In this document: piece after piece, positions 22,557 through 25,166 of the stretch
Layout of the letters: every line of letters begins with the position of its first letter
Numbering within the stretch: the stretch's first letter is position 1
Origin: a virus
Lineage: Duplodnaviria > Caudoviricetes
Length of the DNA: 25,166 nt
IMG/VR virus record: IMGVR_UViG_3300036394_000009
Span: 1-25,166 of that record
Reading direction: 5' to 3' (one strand)
The notes under the pieces: generated by a model
Databases searched by the model: none
Told to the model about the DNA's origin: nothing
What the model saw: the letters and a program-made list of their open reading frames with translations, nothing else
Program-made: the position numbers and the translations under genes

Positions 22557-25166
22557 ATGAAACTAGGGATAGGTCTTAGCCTGACCATGCTGCAGGGGGC
22601 GGGGGGTGGTGGGGAGCCGCCTTCGACCCTGCCGGATTTCGTCCTCCAGTCCCAAACGACCGCCTTGGCGGCGGCCAAGTCCGCAGCGTCCAACGTCATG
22701 TCCACGCGCAAGCAGCGGACAACCGACTATTGGATCAAGAAGCTCAAGGACGCCGGGGTCTGGGCGAAGCTCTCGCATCTGTGGATCGCCGACGACGTGG
22801 CGGCCGGGAGCCTGATCAACTGGAAGACCCCGGGGACGGGCAACCTTTCTCAGGTCGGCGCGCCGACCTTCACCAGCATGGTTCAGCCGTTCGACACCTC
22901 GTACAACCACACGACGACGGGGCAGGGGCGTGTCGGCTTCCGCTCCACGGCGGCGGCGAACTACGTCGACACGGGCATTCCGCTCAGCAGCATCGACGGC
23001 GCCAACTTCAGCTTTGGTTGCTACCTGGGGTCAGGCTCGTCCACGAACTGGGCGGCCGGAGCTGTAGACGCGGTGGCGACCTCCGGAATCCTGATCGGGC
23101 CGCGTGGCGCGTCGGGCAACACGATGCAAGCCCGCGCCATGGGCGGCACGGTCAGCACGATCGGGGCGGCGGCCGATTGGGGCAATGGCCAGGCGCTGTT
23201 CTCTCTGACGCGTGACAACACCGCGACCTTCCGCGCCTTCCACAACGGCGTGAACGTCGGCGGGGACATCGCCTCGGCGGTTGTCCAGTCCGCGCAGACC
23301 ACCACTCTGACCTTCCTGAAGGCCAACACCCTGACGGCGGTCACCGACCGTCCGCTGATGGCCGCGTTCCTGGGGACGCATCTCACCGACGGCGACATGG
23401 AGCTGCTGTATCGGGCGATCCGCTCGGTGCTGGAGAACAACCAGTTCGGCGACGTGCTGATCCACGAGCCGGGCTATCAACCGCAAGCGCCGAGCGCTGA
23501 CGTGGTTGTCTATGGCTGGACCGCCCAGGGCGTCCTGGCCGCCTATGAGGCCAAGCGGCAAGGCAAGTCGGTGATCATGGTCGGCGGCTGGCGCGACCGC
23601 ACCGTGGCGCAGATCGGCGGCATGATGGCCAATGGCCTCGGCCGCACCGATCTGGAAGGCCCCACCTACAGCGTGGTCGGCGGCCTGACGCGCCTGTTCT
23701 TCAAGCGCGCGAACTCGATCAACGACGTTGCGACCCCGACGGCCACCAACATCGTGCCGATGACCGCGAACTGGCTGCATCGGCAATCCCTTGATCCGGC
23801 GCGGACTGGCGGGCTCGACATCGAACTGTTCGCCGCCAATGGCGTCGCGTCGGTGCAGAAGACCGGCGCGAAGATTACCTCGCTCACGACGGTCGACGGG
23901 CGAACCTTCTCCGCCGCGCAGTTCATCGACGCCTCGTATGAAGGGGACCTGATGGCGGCGGCCGGTGTGTCGTTCAACATCGGGCGCGAGGCCAAGGTCG
24001 CCGGCGGCGAGAGCATCAACGGCTATCGCGGCACTCTCACGGGCAACGGATCGAACAAGCACCAGTTCACCAAGGACCCGAACGGCTCGGCGCTGCCCGC
24101 CTACACCATCGACTCCTATGTCGTGCCTGGAAATCCCGCCTCGGGATTGCTCTACGGTGTTGGGGTCAAGCCTGTCCGAGCTGATGGCGCGGCCGATGCG
24201 CAGACCCAGGCCTTCACCTTCCGTCTTAGCCTGACCAACAGCCAGGCGCGGCGGGTGCCGTTCTCGGCGGTGGCTCCGGCCGGATATGCGCGGAGCAATT
24301 ACGAGGCGCTGGGCCGGTTGGCGGCGGCGATGACGGCCGGCGGTCAGAACTTGGCGGAAGCCGATTGGGGCAACTTCGCCGCGGTCGGAACCGGGACCTA
24401 CGACCTGAACAACCAGGGCGGCATGTCGATGGACTTCATCGGCGAGAGCAACGCCTACGTGGCCGCCACGACCTACGCTCAGCGGGAGGTGTCGTGGAAG
24501 GCGCACGAAGCCTGGGTGCGCGGGATCATGCACTACATGGCCGTCGACACTGACAGCCGGATCGTTGGGACGGCGGCGCGCACCTCGGTGCAGGCCTATG
24601 GCTATCCCTGCGACCACTACATGGACCCGCACCCGAACGACCTGCCGTACTTCCCCACCCAGCTCTATGTCCGTGAGCACCGGCGGATGGTGAACGACTT
24701 CGCGTTCAACGCCGACGACATGAAGGCCGCCGACGGGACGGCGCCGCGCTCGACCCACACGGTCGCGGTCGCCTCCTATCCGCTGGACAGCCACCACGGC
24801 CAACGGTTCGACGACGGCGGGCGGATCTGGAACGAGGGGCAGATCCTCGACGGAACCGCTGGCGGGGCCGATCTCATGGCTCCGCTGCCTTATGAGATCT
24901 ACGTGCCCCGCGCCTCGGAATGCACGAACCTCGCCACCCTCTTCGCCGTCGCCTGCACCCACACTGCGTTCGGCGCGATCCGCATGGAGCCGACCGCGAT
25001 GTGCGCCGGCCAATCGATCGGCATGGCCGCAGCCATCGCCATCGAAGAGGGCTGCACGATCCAAGAGGCCGGCACGACCCTCTACGCCAGCCACCTTCGC
25101 CCACGCCTGCTCGCCAGTCCGACCCTGACCGGCGAACAGGTCCCCGTGCTTCCGCAAGTCAACTGA
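22557..25166 (+). CDS. Putative head-fibre protein: spike-anchor peptide + LamG/ConA-like domain + FAD-dependent oxidoreductase domain (FAD_oxidored/PF12831-like)
   Basis: N-terminus MKLGIGLSL...GAGGGG; beta-sandwich-like region to about aa 300. From aa 314: DVVVYG.T..GV.AA..A.R.GKSV, FIDASYEGDLMAAAGV...GRE, LYVRE.RRM, DSHH, H.AFGAIRMEP..M..GQS.G.AA. Confidence 0.8.
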   Translation: MKLGIGLSLTMLQGAGGGGEPPSTLPDFVLQSQTTALAAAKSAASNVMSTRKQRTTDYWIKKLKDAGVWAKLSHLWIADDVAAGSLINWKTPGTGNLSQVGAPTFTSMVQPFDTSYNHTTTGQGRVGFRSTAAANYVDTGIPLSSIDGANFSFGCYLGSGSSTNWAAGAVDAVATSGILIGPRGASGNTMQARAMGGTVSTIGAAADWGNGQALFSLTRDNTATFRAFHNGVNVGGDIASAVVQSAQTTTLTFLKANTLTAVTDRPLMAAFLGTHLTDGDMELLYRAIRSVLENNQFGDVLIHEPGYQPQAPSADVVVYGWTAQGVLAAYEAKRQGKSVIMVGGWRDRTVAQIGGMMANGLGRTDLEGPTYSVVGGLTRLFFKRANSINDVATPTATNIVPMTANWLHRQSLDPARTGGLDIELFAANGVASVQKTGAKITSLTTVDGRTFSAAQFIDASYEGDLMAAAGVSFNIGREAKVAGGESINGYRGTLTGNGSNKHQFTKDPNGSALPAYTIDSYVVPGNPASGLLYGVGVKPVRADGAADAQTQAFTFRLSLTNSQARRVPFSAVAPAGYARSNYEALGRLAAAMTAGGQNLAEADWGNFAAVGTGTYDLNNQGGMSMDFIGESNAYVAATTYAQREVSWKAHEAWVRGIMHYMAVDTDSRIVGTAARTSVQAYGYPCDHYMDPHPNDLPYFPTQLYVREHRRMVNDFAFNADDMKAADGTAPRSTHTVAVASYPLDSHHGQRFDDGGRIWNEGQILDGTAGGADLMAPLPYEIYVPRASECTNLATLFAVACTHTAFGAIRMEPTAMCAGQSIGMAAAIAIEEGCTIQEAGTTLYASHLRPRLLASPTLTGEQVPVLPQVN

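Larger units (their letters stand above)
1..25166 (+). mobile_element. P22-like podophage/prophage segment (replication, late control, packaging, head, tail and ejection modules); both boundaries lie outside the window
   Basis: Co-oriented, tightly coupled genes (ATGA/TGATG/TAATG overlaps) in P22-like order: terS-terL-portal-scaffold-coat-adaptor-nozzle-ejection proteins. No tape-measure or sheath gene is seen. Confidence 0.95.

Overview
The whole 25 kb window is the replication-to-virion part of a high-GC, P22-like (podovirus) phage or prophage, probably of an alphaproteobacterial host (an inference; Caulobacterales is plausible). Order: CII-like regulator, DnaB helicase, HTH initiator with internal iterons, RMF-like protein, XRE regulator, DUF6456/GafZ-like late activator, then a ~2 kb accessory/regulatory stretch (3954-6018). 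That stretch holds reverse-strand morons, a probable late promoter with terminators, a 34-aa membrane peptide gene missed by the ORF track and a terS relic. It is followed by TerS, TerL, portal, scaffold, coat, head-spike base, adaptor, fibre module, nozzle, four ejection-type proteins, an antisense membrane protein and an 869-aa protein. The best leads are: (1) an RcGTA-like head-spike base plus a putative head fibre carrying a FAD-dependent oxidoreductase domain; (2) a ribosome-modulation-factor-like gene; (3) a type I toxin-like peptide in the late leader; (4) a GafZ/Q-like antitermination layout. No integrase, att site, lysis gene, tRNA or CRISPR array was seen. All family assignments come from motif recognition and recalled reference sequences; no database searches were run.
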